This document shows positions 26,834 through 37,155 of a stretch of DNA of 64,000 nt, one piece after another; within the stretch, counting starts at the first letter, position 1; each line of letters opens with the position of its first letter. The stretch is from the IMG/VR virus record IMGVR_UViG_3300028920_000022, positions 248,001-312,000 of that record; one strand, given 5' to 3'. The notes under the pieces are model-generated. The model did no database searches, was not told where the DNA came from, and was given only the letters and a program-made list of their open reading frames with translations. Position numbers and translations under genes: made by a program.

Positions 26834-29800
26834 ATGGCAAACAAAAGCCCGAACAGGAACGCATATATAGGAAGTGGACGAGTCAAAGAAGGTGGAGCTT
26901 TAGCTACCAGAATGCAAGACTTTAATGCTCATGGTAGTGGGAATGCTTTTCGCCATGATGCAGATCATATTGATATGGATCCTAGATTAACCGGATCTTT
27001 AGCCGATCCTACTGTCCAAGGCACATTGGAGAAGATGGCAGCGTTTCTTTCTGGATCTGGGCAGGGGTATATTTCCATTGGTGACGGGTATAGTTCTGGT
27101 GATTATAACGTAGGAGATCTTTCCACCCCAACATTATATGATGCATTTGTGGCGGCTTTTGCGAATACACGATTACAAAACGGCGGTGTAGTTTTAGTTA
27201 AATCTGGAACTTATAGATTATTCAACAAGGTTACGGTACCTACAGGTATAACCATTATGGGTGAACCTATGGGTACAATTATTACCAGTGCTATTACTGG
27301 CAACCAACCTATGTTTGAAGTCAGCGAAATGCCAGCACAACATAATCTTGGTTATAATGGACAGGAAACTATTACCTCAGAGGTTTCGCCACAATTTACC
27401 CGTTTTTATAATATTATTTTAGCTGATAATATGGATGGTTATGTGACATCTGGCGGTTATCGCATTCCTACAATAAACGGCGGAGTTTTGCGGGTTCCGT
27501 TTATTGATTGCAAATTAGGGTCTCATACTATTATTGAGCGAGTTTCTTTTCTTGGAATGTCTACTCAAGGTAACGATCGTGAAGTTTCTAATCGTGCCAT
27601 CTCTACTTCAGGTAGTTCATCTAAACCAACCACATTAAGAGTAGAAAATTGTTATGCGGATGGAATTGGGTCTATAATTGAGTTCAAGCCAACGTCTGGT
27701 GCACCGAACCAATTAACTGTAATTAACAATCGTTTTCGTTGGACTGGGTATGGGGTAGGAGCAGTTGTTACTACTACAGAGGACGGATCATGTATATCCA
27801 TGAACATGTGTAATGCTCATATTGAAGGTAATTACATGATGGGAATGAGCGGATCGTCTTCTAAGGAATTTACGGGGAGATATGGAATTTATGTTACATC
27901 CAACGCTGTTACCGATAGTGATGTTGTCATTAATCGTATTGGTAACTATGGCGGAATAGATATTATTGCAGGGTCTCCTAGCTCTGCTTTTGTCAGACAA
28001 TTTTTCTGGGCGCCATCTCCGCCTGCTGCTATTCGTGGGGCGGATGTGGGAAATAACTGGGCTTATGGCACCAACAATAATTGGAGTATTAGCATAGGTG
28101 ACGGAACCATTTCTACTGGAGATATAACCGGACCCACCGCACTCGATCTAGCTTTACAATATGCTGATTATACTAGTTATTGGGATCCGAATACCACAAC
28201 TACATTTAGTATTTTAATTAATTATGGTACGTATTCATTAACACGTGGTGGCACTGTTCGTCAGCGGGCTCGTTTAATTGGAGCTATGGTAGGCAACACC
28301 AGCACTTCGGACACATTGCCCGTCATTAATGTTGACATTTCTAGTGGTGGATATACTACAGTTTTTAGTCATCCTGCAGCTTATTTAGGGTGGGAGTTGA
28401 GAAACCTTAGGTTCCAAGCGGATGGTGCTGCTCAATTTCAATACTTAGCACCTGCTCCTAAATTTATCGTGGGGGATGAGGTTGGTTTAGTGGTTGAAAA
28501 CTGTGTATTTGAAGATGTGGGCATGGATTTAATTAATTTTGATAACACATCTACTTCTGCAGCTAGAACTACCAGGACAACACTTACTTTAGATCATTGT
28601 CATTTTTATCAGACATCTACATTTTCGGACGAATTATCCTTACATATAACCTCTGGACCTGATTTAATAAACATTACAAATTCTACTTTTAACAATTATG
28701 GGTATCCAATTTGGGTTGGTAATTCGGCGTCTTATAGTGATACCGATCCGCCTAATGGGCAGGTTTTATTGGATAATTGTTTGTTTAGTATGTTTAATGA
28801 GCGCCAAGCTGGTATTTCTGTGCCCAGAGTTACAGATGTTGGTCCATTTGGTACAATTTTTGGATCCAACGCTTGGGTGACGATTAGCGCGGATTCGGAG
28901 AGATATTCAGTTACTTTACGTAATTGTAAATTTGATGGAGTTACTTTAAACAGTGGTAGTACTACTACGTTCGATAGTTTTAGCCCCATAGATTCTGGAA
29001 TTCTAGATTCAGGAGATTTTAGATATCTTTTGTATGTACAAGGCAGAGATATTCGTGTGGAAGGCTGTGAGATAAACGGACCTTATCAGCGTTGGTCTTC
29101 TGATGGTGGCGTCACTTATCACCCAGTTACAGCCTTGTATACTGTGCCTGGGCAAGCTTTGTATGTAGATAATTGTACAATTAGAGGGGCATTACCCTTT
29201 GGTATTGGCGGAAGCGCTTTTACGGCACCTACTGGTGCATCTGAAAAATGGGTTTCTGGAGCCACATGTTCGTTGGCTAATTCTTATTTCGGAGCATATA
29301 ACGTATTGGCTCCGAATGTGGCTATAACTCATACTTGTCTTGATTTTGATTTAGCGGCAATATCCACAACAGGATTTGAAGAGCCAAAAGTGTCTGTTAC
29401 CAATTGTAATATAAACAACTGTGCCCCATCTACGGTTTTATCTGTTCCTTATCATCAGAATAATACCGGCTCGGCGTATAATGCTATAGGCGTTGTACAG
29501 TTTTATGGACAAGAGTGGAATTTTAATTTCTGTAATAATACGGTAGATGGAAGATTACCTGATACAGGTATGACATTTGATACTTATACTGTAGTGGTTG
29601 ATGAAGTTGAGGGGGTATCCAGCAGGCACAAGTCTATTGTTATTTCTGGAAACCATATTTCTACTAGGTGTGAGTCTTCGGCGGGATCGCGATACTATGG
29701 TGGATTAAAAGTGTATGGAACTGGCACGAGTATTTGTGGCAACTGTTTTTCTTACCATACCGGCGGATCTTCGTTAGCTTTCACTCAAAAATTATACATT

Positions 29801-30604
29801 TACTTAGTAAACAGCGCGACAGGAATTGGATCTGTTTCATCGGCAGTAGTAAGTGGTAATAATTTCTTGAGAACCGGCGATATGTATACGGGAATTTATG
29901 CCGATGCGGGAAGCGGTATTATTACGGGCAATTCTTTTGATGAAATTGGACCAAGAAGTGCAGATGAAAATTGGTTTAGCTATGCTGATTTAAATAATTT
30001 TACCATTAACAATAATCGCAACCAAATTGTTACGGCGCGTGTAAGACCCTGGGATGGTGAAGTAAGAGATTATGAGGCAACAGCCGGGGCTAGTTTTCAA
30101 ATTTGGAATAAAAGTTTACATACATCTAGCAACTTTCCTTATACTGCTATTGAGCTTTTGGAGACAAGTTATAGGGGGAATAACGCATCTGTGTCAAATG
30201 CAACTTTGGAAGGCACCACAACTGTAGCTGCTGGTATTGTTAGGCTGGATCTTGTATTGCCTTTGTATGAAATTTTGCCTTATGGTGCCAGGTTTGTAAG
30301 ATTAGTGTCATTAACCAGCCGAGTAAGTAGTACAACTTGGACCGCAGGTACCAACACTATTGTGGTTGGGTTATATGAGCGGGTGGCTTCATCGCTCGAT
30401 ACGTTAGTGGCAAAAGATGGTGGTGGCAATTGTGAAACCACACATACTGCTACTAGCACTCTTAGCCTGTTGCACCAATTCACTGCTGCTGATCCGACAG
30501 ACGTACACAGCAATTTGTTATATCTAAGAGTTAGGATTACGCTACAATCTCCAACCACACGACAATTTAGTTTAAGTCAGGCGGCAATCCAGTATATATG
30601 GTAA
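26834..30604 (+). CDS. Tail fibre/tailspike with right-handed beta-helix (pectate-lyase-like)
   Basis: GGVVLVKSGTYRL...VPTGITIMGE beta-helix start, many Asn/Cys-ladder repeats (VENCYAD, IEGNYM, ISGNHI, VSGNNF); N-terminal HDADHI...TVQGTLEKM fibre motif. Confidence 0.75.
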   Translation: MANKSPNRNAYIGSGRVKEGGALATRMQDFNAHGSGNAFRHDADHIDMDPRLTGSLADPTVQGTLEKMAAFLSGSGQGYISIGDGYSSGDYNVGDLSTPTLYDAFVAAFANTRLQNGGVVLVKSGTYRLFNKVTVPTGITIMGEPMGTIITSAITGNQPMFEVSEMPAQHNLGYNGQETITSEVSPQFTRFYNIILADNMDGYVTSGGYRIPTINGGVLRVPFIDCKLGSHTIIERVSFLGMSTQGNDREVSNRAISTSGSSSKPTTLRVENCYADGIGSIIEFKPTSGAPNQLTVINNRFRWTGYGVGAVVTTTEDGSCISMNMCNAHIEGNYMMGMSGSSSKEFTGRYGIYVTSNAVTDSDVVINRIGNYGGIDIIAGSPSSAFVRQFFWAPSPPAAIRGADVGNNWAYGTNNNWSISIGDGTISTGDITGPTALDLALQYADYTSYWDPNTTTTFSILINYGTYSLTRGGTVRQRARLIGAMVGNTSTSDTLPVINVDISSGGYTTVFSHPAAYLGWELRNLRFQADGAAQFQYLAPAPKFIVGDEVGLVVENCVFEDVGMDLINFDNTSTSAARTTRTTLTLDHCHFYQTSTFSDELSLHITSGPDLINITNSTFNNYGYPIWVGNSASYSDTDPPNGQVLLDNCLFSMFNERQAGISVPRVTDVGPFGTIFGSNAWVTISADSERYSVTLRNCKFDGVTLNSGSTTTFDSFSPIDSGILDSGDFRYLLYVQGRDIRVEGCEINGPYQRWSSDGGVTYHPVTALYTVPGQALYVDNCTIRGALPFGIGGSAFTAPTGASEKWVSGATCSLANSYFGAYNVLAPNVAITHTCLDFDLAAISTTGFEEPKVSVTNCNINNCAPSTVLSVPYHQNNTGSAYNAIGVVQFYGQEWNFNFCNNTVDGRLPDTGMTFDTYTVVVDEVEGVSSRHKSIVISGNHISTRCESSAGSRYYGGLKVYGTGTSICGNCFSYHTGGSSLAFTQKLYIYLVNSATGIGSVSSAVVSGNNFLRTGDMYTGIYADAGSGIITGNSFDEIGPRSADENWFSYADLNNFTINNNRNQIVTARVRPWDGEVRDYEATAGASFQIWNKSLHTSSNFPYTAIELLETSYRGNNASVSNATLEGTTTVAAGIVRLDLVLPLYEILPYGARFVRLVSLTSRVSSTTWTAGTNTIVVGLYERVASSLDTLVAKDGGGNCETTHTATSTLSLLHQFTAADPTDVHSNLLYLRVRITLQSPTTRQFSLSQAAIQYIW

Positions 30605-30640
30605 TCCCGCATAATCTCATATTTCTTCAGGAGAACAAGT

Positions 30641-31048
30641 ATGTTTGATCAAGTTTTAGATGGCTTTTTTAGCATCCAAGCGGTAATTTTTGCCATTGTA
30701 ATATGGCTCGAAGTATTGGTAGTACGTAAGATAGTTGAAACCTCAGCCAAGAAAATTGCACCAGTGTTTCCAGACAAATGGGAACCATGGTGGGTAGAAT
30801 CCTGGCGAGAATGGTTGTTGCCCGGCGCCCCAATAGTTTTTGGCGGTTTAACCGCTTATTTGGTACCACAATATCCTTTACCGGAAGTATTTACAACTAG
30901 TGATGCTGGTAGGGTATTTTGTGGCTTGGCTTTAGGTTTGGCTTCTGGTTATGTGTACCCGCGTGTGTTGTATTACTACCGTAAGTTTTTACCCAAAAAA
31001 GTTGACGAAAAAGTAGAAGAAATTACTGATGCGACAAAGGAAGAGTAA
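30641..31048 (+). CDS. Membrane protein, putative holin
   Basis: 135 aa, three hydrophobic segments, charged C-terminus (RKFLPKKVDEKVEE), AGGAG RBS. Confidence 0.5.
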   Translation: MFDQVLDGFFSIQAVIFAIVIWLEVLVVRKIVETSAKKIAPVFPDKWEPWWVESWREWLLPGAPIVFGGLTAYLVPQYPLPEVFTTSDAGRVFCGLALGLASGYVYPRVLYYYRKFLPKKVDEKVEEITDATKEE

Positions 31049-34000
31049 TGAGCGTATATCCTAGTGACTTGGACGATGATAGTACCATCATCAGAATTGA
31101 TGATAATATCACCGAACAGGGCGGAGAAACCATCAATCAACTCCGTGATGCTGTTTTTAAAATACAGGCGGAGTTGGGGATAAACCCCTCTGGCTCTCAA
31201 AGTTCTGTTCTTAATCGTTTAAATGTGTCATTAGATTCTGTCGGTAATATCAAACAGTCTGCACTGACAGCTGTTGGATTAGTTACTCTCCCAATCGATA
31301 ATGCACAAGTGGGCACAAATGCAGGCATACAAGAAAGCAAACTTGCTTTGGATTTTTCTACCTCCAGTTTGCGGGCATTAATCTCAGGAAACGCTACATT
31401 ATTAAATACTGTTGCTACTACTGTTGCAACCAGTGGTTCTGATTTTAGTAAACATTTGGTTGGCGGTCCAGCTGCTAATTTGAGACATGTTGCTAGCCAC
31501 ATTGATATTAATGATGTTCCTACGGATAGTCGAGATACGTCGTTTACTTGGTCGGGCATTGTAGACAAAGATGGAGCACAATACGCAGCAGATAACGTAG
31601 CAGAAGCGCTGGTTGAAATTGCAGGCAACCTTGGAGATCACCAAAATGAAACCACAGCAGCTCATGCTGCCTCGGCAATATCGGTTGATACCTCTAGCTT
31701 TACCACTTTAGAAACCACATCTGATACTGTTCAAAAAGCTCTGGATAATATTGACGACAACGAAACCCTAAATCTCGGCATGCACAGAACCACCATGCAT
31801 TCTAACGGTGTTCCTAGAGACGCCAGGTCTCAGCTGTTGTTGGTGGATGGATATGCTGAGAATGTTGTTCCGGTAACTTCGGTTAACACTTATTTGGCAC
31901 ATAATCCACCCGGAACCGTTCCTGTAGATGACGTGTATTTAGGTGATAATGTAGTTAAGTTTAATCCAGGTGCAGGTGCCGCTCAATATTTGTTTGAATC
32001 TAAGTTCAGCCAAGTAAAGCCTGGAGATATAATTACCATCAATTATGGTAATGGTTTGGAGGCATCATATGAGATTGATTCCACCAGATTTGTGTTGGGT
32101 TCCGAGTGGTATGTGCGGCTAAATGGTACCAATTTAGATGAAGCTACTGGATATGCCCGTATTGACCGACCATTGTTTGATGATCAAACTCATGGCATTT
32201 TGGCGGTAGCTAGCGCAAATGCCACTCCTGCGGTGACGTTTCCAAATATTCGTGGTAGCCTAATTGTTGCGGATCCAAAAGGAGCTTGTGCATTAGGTTT
32301 AGGTTTTGATCCTAACCAAATTGATGATGAACATTACAAACTCTATCTTCAATTTTATCCTACTGGTACACCATCTGAAAAAACTCTCACATTGCCCTAC
32401 ATTGATGTTACCGGTAATGCTGGCGCTACTCCTGGAGCATATACATTAGAAAATATAGTTCAAGCTACGAATGATAAATTTAGAGAAGCTGGGTATAATT
32501 ATCGTTTTATTGCTTACGCTTCAAACGGTAATTTTGGGATTATGTTGGCAGACTCTATTGATGGAGCTAGTTTCTCTATTATTAGCGGTGACAACAGTTC
32601 TGGCACTTTGGCGGAAGGTGTCTATACAGAAAACGTAGTTGGTGATACCAACCCAGATTTGGCTGAATTAGATGGTCTTGGTTTAGGAGCTAATAACGCA
32701 AATGTAGCTAGCCCAGCGTATCAGTCTTCGTTTGTGGATTCTACAGCAGCTTTATTGCCAACGAAAATATTTGTACCAAAACGTAGACGTGATTATATTG
32801 TCAATGGTATTCGTTATGATGAGTTGGCGCCAGCCGCCAACAGCAATGCTAACAGATATTGGGTAGCAGAGATTACTAACCGTAATGCTACCGCTTCTAC
32901 TGTGGAAGTTACATACACCGTTGAGGCTGATTTACGGGACTCTGAGCTATTACCAGGAAAAACCATTGTAGTTGCTCCTACGGTTGCTTTTACCTCGCCA
33001 TCATATTACGATGTGGATTATGGTCGGTTTATTATTAAGACCGTAAATTTTTCTGTTTGTCCTGGCGCACAGACTACTGAGATTACAGTTATAAATGGCT
33101 TAGCACATGCAGGAACACCGGTAGCGTTTTCTTCTCCTGCCGGTTTAGCCGTAAGGTTGTATTTCTCCGAGGATTCTACTGCGGTTGATGAATACAACTT
33201 GATTGATACAGCACCTGCTGGTACATATTTGCGTCATCATGAGATTTTTGTAACAGATACAAAGAAAACTTTTACTCATGAGCGGGCACGCCTAGACGCC
33301 ACACAGGTGGAAAGTTCTAGACAGTTGGCAGCAGCTAATTGGAATATTACGGATGTTGCACCTAAACTGCGGGGATTTAGGGATTCAGATACAACATTTA
33401 ATAAATATGTTCGTTTTTATGTTTTAAACTATAACAGCACAACTGGTGAATATGACGGATACATTGGTCGTCGTAATCCATTAAATTATACTATTAGCGA
33501 ATATGGTGAAATAGTTAGGGCACGAAAGAATATTCCCACTCGGTTTTATGACGCCACCAACGTTGATTATATAGAGCTGTTGTATGATGAGCCGGGCACA
33601 GCCGCTTCATGGATAATGAGTGCAAACAGTGCTAGGTATATTGATATAGAGCTATTTCCATCATTAGCCCTTGATGATGAATTATTGTTATTGGCATCAT
33701 GTGAAATTAATGCAAACACCGTTAGCCAGGTTATAAGCAGAAAACAGACTGGTTCTATTAGTGAACTAGAGTTTACTGATTCAGCGATAGATTTTATTGA
33801 GTCTGGGGATCGGCTCTTACACGCGAATGGAGTTTTGCGAGGGTTGAGTTATCGCGGACCAGATCCCAACGATTCTTCGGTATTGATTTTCAACGGAGGA
33901 ACTGCATTAGTTAACGGACACATTTCTACAATTAACGATGGAACAATTAGAATTCCAGAGGTACGATCTACTGCCAGTGATACAGTAGAGTGGGCAATTT

Positions 34001-36291
34001 GTGTAAATGATGAGGATCAGTTTGAAGCTATAATAGTTACCAGCAGCAAGACACACTTTTTTGTTTCTAACATAGCTCCGGCATATTATCTTCCTAGTGT
34101 ATCTTATACCGAGCTAATAAATCAGAGAAAAGATTTAACACCTATTGCGATAGTTAGTGTAAATATTAGCTCATTTACATTAAACTCTGTTACCGATATA
34201 AGGAAATTTATTGGGGCAAATACGATTAATTTGCCGTTGACTTTGGTACGTCCGGATACTCGACCCAACACGGGAAGTGCTGATGAAGATTTTATTGGAA
34301 ATTTTGAATCGTTGGGTCCATTGATGTGGTGGTTGGATCATGTTGACAGTACTCGAAAAGTTAGAGTGCAGGGAGCTGTAGAAGTTAATTCGTCAGTAGA
34401 TTTTAACGGATTAGGTACAATTATTTTTGATGGAGAAGGAGAGGGATCACTTACATTTAATGATGATTTGGCTATTGGAAATGCCGATCTTTATTTTAAA
34501 GATATAGATGTTGCAGTTAGTTCTGGTACTACTGTTACCGCTTCATCCGGAGCTTACATTTATGGAGAGCGAAGTGTGTTTGTTCTTTATAGTTCATTTG
34601 TAATGGGTAATTCCGCACATTTCAAAAATTGTGAGTTTTATTATTATCCCACGACTGTTGGACCATCATCTACTAATAATATTATTAATGCGGATTTGGG
34701 AGGATGTTTATCATTTACATATTCTGGCACACAAAATGTGGCTATAGAAAATTGCAACTTTATTAGCTCTACAGCACATCGTCCACCATTTATTTGTGTG
34801 TATGTAACTGATAGCTCACTTCCTGCGGTATCCAATTTTGCCGTTAAAAATTGTTATTTTTATGATAGCTCAGCAACCGATCATTGTGCTATAGTAATTG
34901 GTGGAAGAGACAATGAACAACCGTGGTTTTATAATGTAAACATTGAGGGTAATAAATGTTCTGATTATCAATCCATTGTTATTGCGTCTGAAGATACGGA
35001 CGGGGTATCGTGTAGTGATTGTAATATTCGTAATAATATGTGTGGTATAATAGGTGTTTGGGTTTATACAGAAGTAATTAACATTGAAGGTAACGAGGCA
35101 AATGGCATTTTGCAGCCGGTAGTATTAGACCCAACAAACTCAAGCAATTCACGACATTGGCACGGAAGTTCGTCAGCTACGTTGGCGTCAGGAACTGGCG
35201 CCATTAACATCAGTAATAATTATTTAAATGGTGTTATTGGTTTGGGAATTGCTAGTGATTCTGTATATCACACCAATATTCACATAATTGGCAACACTGT
35301 TACTGCGAATACAGGGGCTATTCTTACTACGTGGGGGTATGATGGTGGAGCTGGGGTTACTACTACTACGCGCATAGGTATTGCAATTTATAGTATGGAT
35401 GGTTCTTCTGCAAACTTTGATAAATCGTTTGTAACTATTGCTGATAACTCTATAAATGGTGTAGGTTCTTGGACATTTAGTGCCGGCATTTATAATACTG
35501 CCAACGCTAACATTGTAAATAATACAATTTGTGGGTTTACTAGTTTTGGGCTTTTGGTTTATGCTAAATATGCCGGCAGTTTAATTAATATTCGTGGTAA
35601 TATTCTTGATCGGGAAGGCGACACGGTCACTGCATATATTTATGTAGATGGTGTAGGTACCCAGGGAGGGGGAATTGTTGCGGATAACATAATTGACTCC
35701 TGGGATGTTGGGTCAGGAGACATGACTGATGCCATTCAGACTGGTGAAGAATGGGTGGTTGAGAGGAACAAGAATCATCGCCAGACTATGACAATGAGAG
35801 CGAAGGATATTGGTAGGTTTAATGATGGTAACGCCGCATTTGTAGATGAATTTTTACCAGGCGCCACTCCAACGTCAGAACTTGCCTCATTTGTGTTGCA
35901 AGACCAAGATGTTTCTGAAGCACTTTTTGTGGTTAACAGTGGCGATTCTGCGTCAGTAATATTGTATGATCTTGTGTGGAACTTACTACCATTTGGAACA
36001 ACTCTTATTAACGTTTCGGTGAACTATAGTGGAATCAATACTGGATATTGGGTTTCTACCTCACCAATTACATTGAAGGTTTATGAACCTGGGGGAATAA
36101 TAGATACCCAGGTTGGATCAACAGCATCAGGTGAACTAACAGTATCAGCTACTGGTACATTAACTTTGTCGCCAGCAATCGCTAGTTTACGTAGTTCACG
36201 ACCTTATGTTAAGATTGAGTTTGATGCCGAAGCGCAAGGTGGCGATCGTTCTCTTGCGATTTCAGCACTAATAGCCACTTATCAATGGTGA
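31048..36291 (+). CDS. Long tail fibre / receptor-binding protein with C-terminal beta-helix
   Basis: 1747 aa; N-terminal YPSDLD...INQLRDAVFKIQAELG anchor, HxAxxI...VQxAL repeats, beta-helix repeats (IENCNF, IEGNKC, ISNNYL, IIGNTV). Confidence 0.75.
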   Translation: MSVYPSDLDDDSTIIRIDDNITEQGGETINQLRDAVFKIQAELGINPSGSQSSVLNRLNVSLDSVGNIKQSALTAVGLVTLPIDNAQVGTNAGIQESKLALDFSTSSLRALISGNATLLNTVATTVATSGSDFSKHLVGGPAANLRHVASHIDINDVPTDSRDTSFTWSGIVDKDGAQYAADNVAEALVEIAGNLGDHQNETTAAHAASAISVDTSSFTTLETTSDTVQKALDNIDDNETLNLGMHRTTMHSNGVPRDARSQLLLVDGYAENVVPVTSVNTYLAHNPPGTVPVDDVYLGDNVVKFNPGAGAAQYLFESKFSQVKPGDIITINYGNGLEASYEIDSTRFVLGSEWYVRLNGTNLDEATGYARIDRPLFDDQTHGILAVASANATPAVTFPNIRGSLIVADPKGACALGLGFDPNQIDDEHYKLYLQFYPTGTPSEKTLTLPYIDVTGNAGATPGAYTLENIVQATNDKFREAGYNYRFIAYASNGNFGIMLADSIDGASFSIISGDNSSGTLAEGVYTENVVGDTNPDLAELDGLGLGANNANVASPAYQSSFVDSTAALLPTKIFVPKRRRDYIVNGIRYDELAPAANSNANRYWVAEITNRNATASTVEVTYTVEADLRDSELLPGKTIVVAPTVAFTSPSYYDVDYGRFIIKTVNFSVCPGAQTTEITVINGLAHAGTPVAFSSPAGLAVRLYFSEDSTAVDEYNLIDTAPAGTYLRHHEIFVTDTKKTFTHERARLDATQVESSRQLAAANWNITDVAPKLRGFRDSDTTFNKYVRFYVLNYNSTTGEYDGYIGRRNPLNYTISEYGEIVRARKNIPTRFYDATNVDYIELLYDEPGTAASWIMSANSARYIDIELFPSLALDDELLLLASCEINANTVSQVISRKQTGSISELEFTDSAIDFIESGDRLLHANGVLRGLSYRGPDPNDSSVLIFNGGTALVNGHISTINDGTIRIPEVRSTASDTVEWAICVNDEDQFEAIIVTSSKTHFFVSNIAPAYYLPSVSYTELINQRKDLTPIAIVSVNISSFTLNSVTDIRKFIGANTINLPLTLVRPDTRPNTGSADEDFIGNFESLGPLMWWLDHVDSTRKVRVQGAVEVNSSVDFNGLGTIIFDGEGEGSLTFNDDLAIGNADLYFKDIDVAVSSGTTVTASSGAYIYGERSVFVLYSSFVMGNSAHFKNCEFYYYPTTVGPSSTNNIINADLGGCLSFTYSGTQNVAIENCNFISSTAHRPPFICVYVTDSSLPAVSNFAVKNCYFYDSSATDHCAIVIGGRDNEQPWFYNVNIEGNKCSDYQSIVIASEDTDGVSCSDCNIRNNMCGIIGVWVYTEVINIEGNEANGILQPVVLDPTNSSNSRHWHGSSSATLASGTGAINISNNYLNGVIGLGIASDSVYHTNIHIIGNTVTANTGAILTTWGYDGGAGVTTTTRIGIAIYSMDGSSANFDKSFVTIADNSINGVGSWTFSAGIYNTANANIVNNTICGFTSFGLLVYAKYAGSLINIRGNILDREGDTVTAYIYVDGVGTQGGGIVADNIIDSWDVGSGDMTDAIQTGEEWVVERNKNHRQTMTMRAKDIGRFNDGNAAFVDEFLPGATPTSELASFVLQDQDVSEALFVVNSGDSASVILYDLVWNLLPFGTTLINVSVNYSGINTGYWVSTSPITLKVYEPGGIIDTQVGSTASGELTVSATGTLTLSPAIASLRSSRPYVKIEFDAEAQGGDRSLAISALIATYQW

Positions 36292-36292
36292 T

Positions 36293-37009
36293 TTAGTTTG
36301 ACGCGCAACACAAGTAATATCCAGTGCCATCAATACAACCTTCCGGCAGAATTTCGTTAGAAGTGCATACGGCTAGGTTTAAAAACCCTTCTGGACATCC
36401 CGGAAAACTACCAAGGTCTATTTCGCCATACTGATGACACACTGGTTTGCAGACGTTAGGGGTTGCGTCTTCTGCGGAATCTCTAACTGCCCCGCCGCCA
36501 GGATACCAGTTTGGATCGGGAATAATTGAGTTAGCCCCACATTCGCTCCAACCATCACACCCTCCACAGTCCATATACTGTCCAGTACACGGATCCTGAA
36601 CCAATCCGCATGCTTCGGGAATAGGTTCTCCACTTTCAGGAGTCCAACCAGATAGACTGATTGCAATGTTGGTGCAATCCCAAGGTTCACAATTACCACC
36701 AGTGTTTCCAGTTCCTCCTGAGCCTTCGCCACCCGTGGACGTGTCCCCACCAGTACCTAAATCGGTACCACCAGTACCTAAATCGTTACCTCCGACCTCA
36801 GTACCACCAGTACCCAAATCAGTACCTCCGGTTCCAGATTCGGTTCCTCCGGTAGCGTCGGCACCACCAGTTTCGCTGAGTCCTCCGGTTTCCACGGATT
36901 CAATTCCGCCCTCTCCTCCCGCTTCGTAATCCACTGTGCGGGTGGAATTGGAAGAGCCACATCCAATAGCTAATAGAACTAAACCAATTGCGGTGAGATT
37001 TTCTTTCAT
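36293..37009 (-). CDS. Lipoprotein with Gly/Thr-rich linker and Cys-rich domain (myxobacterial style)
   Basis: MKENLTAIGLVLLAIGC lipobox; GTGGTDL repeats; CEPWDC, ACGLVQDPCTGQYMDCGGC; AGGAG RBS. Confidence 0.75.
   Translation of the reverse strand: MKENLTAIGLVLLAIGCGSSNSTRTVDYEAGGEGGIESVETGGLSETGGADATGGTESGTGGTDLGTGGTEVGGNDLGTGGTDLGTGGDTSTGGEGSGGTGNTGGNCEPWDCTNIAISLSGWTPESGEPIPEACGLVQDPCTGQYMDCGGCDGWSECGANSIIPDPNWYPGGGAVRDSAEDATPNVCKPVCHQYGEIDLGSFPGCPEGFLNLAVCTSNEILPEGCIDGTGYYLCCASN
36747..36835 (-). repeat. Imperfect 21-nt coding tandem repeat (GTGGTDL)
   Basis: CCACCAGTACCTAAATCG(G/T)TA units on the + strand, inside the lipoprotein linker. Confidence 0.8.
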
Positions 37010-37032
37010 TTTTCCTGTCTCCTTTGTTCCAT

Positions 37033-37061
37033 CTTATATCATTCCAACAGCTTTCTGTCAA
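37033..37061 (-). promoter_or_regulatory. Host sigma70-type promoter for the lipoprotein gene
   Basis: Minus strand TTGACA (37061-37056), 17-nt spacer ending TGn, TATAAG (37038-37033). Confidence 0.7.
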
Positions 37062-37133
37062 CAAGATTTTTCGATCCACATATATTTAACCAAAACTGCC
37101 GATTTCTTTCTTATAATGCGTGCCTGCCATAGC

Positions 37134-37146
37134 AATAATTTGGCAG
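37134..37146 (+). promoter_or_regulatory. Candidate late promoter AATA-N5-GCAG
   Basis: AATA ATTTG GCAG, one mismatch to the motif, 9 nt before ATG 37156. Confidence 0.45.
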
Positions 37147-37155
37147 TCTAGATGT

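Noticed and set aside
26834-36291. Diversity-generating retroelement acting on the fibre genes
   Set aside because: No reverse transcriptase and no near-identical template/variable repeat pair seen; C-terminal similarity is only at the protein level.
36747-36835. CRISPR-like repeat array
   Set aside because: The repeats are contiguous 21-nt coding units without unique spacers and translate as a Gly/Thr linker.
36418-36966. Overlapping Pro-rich + strand ORFs (36661, 36666) and short - strand alternatives
   Set aside because: They are shadows of the lipoprotein repeat, which has the lipobox, RBS and promoter.
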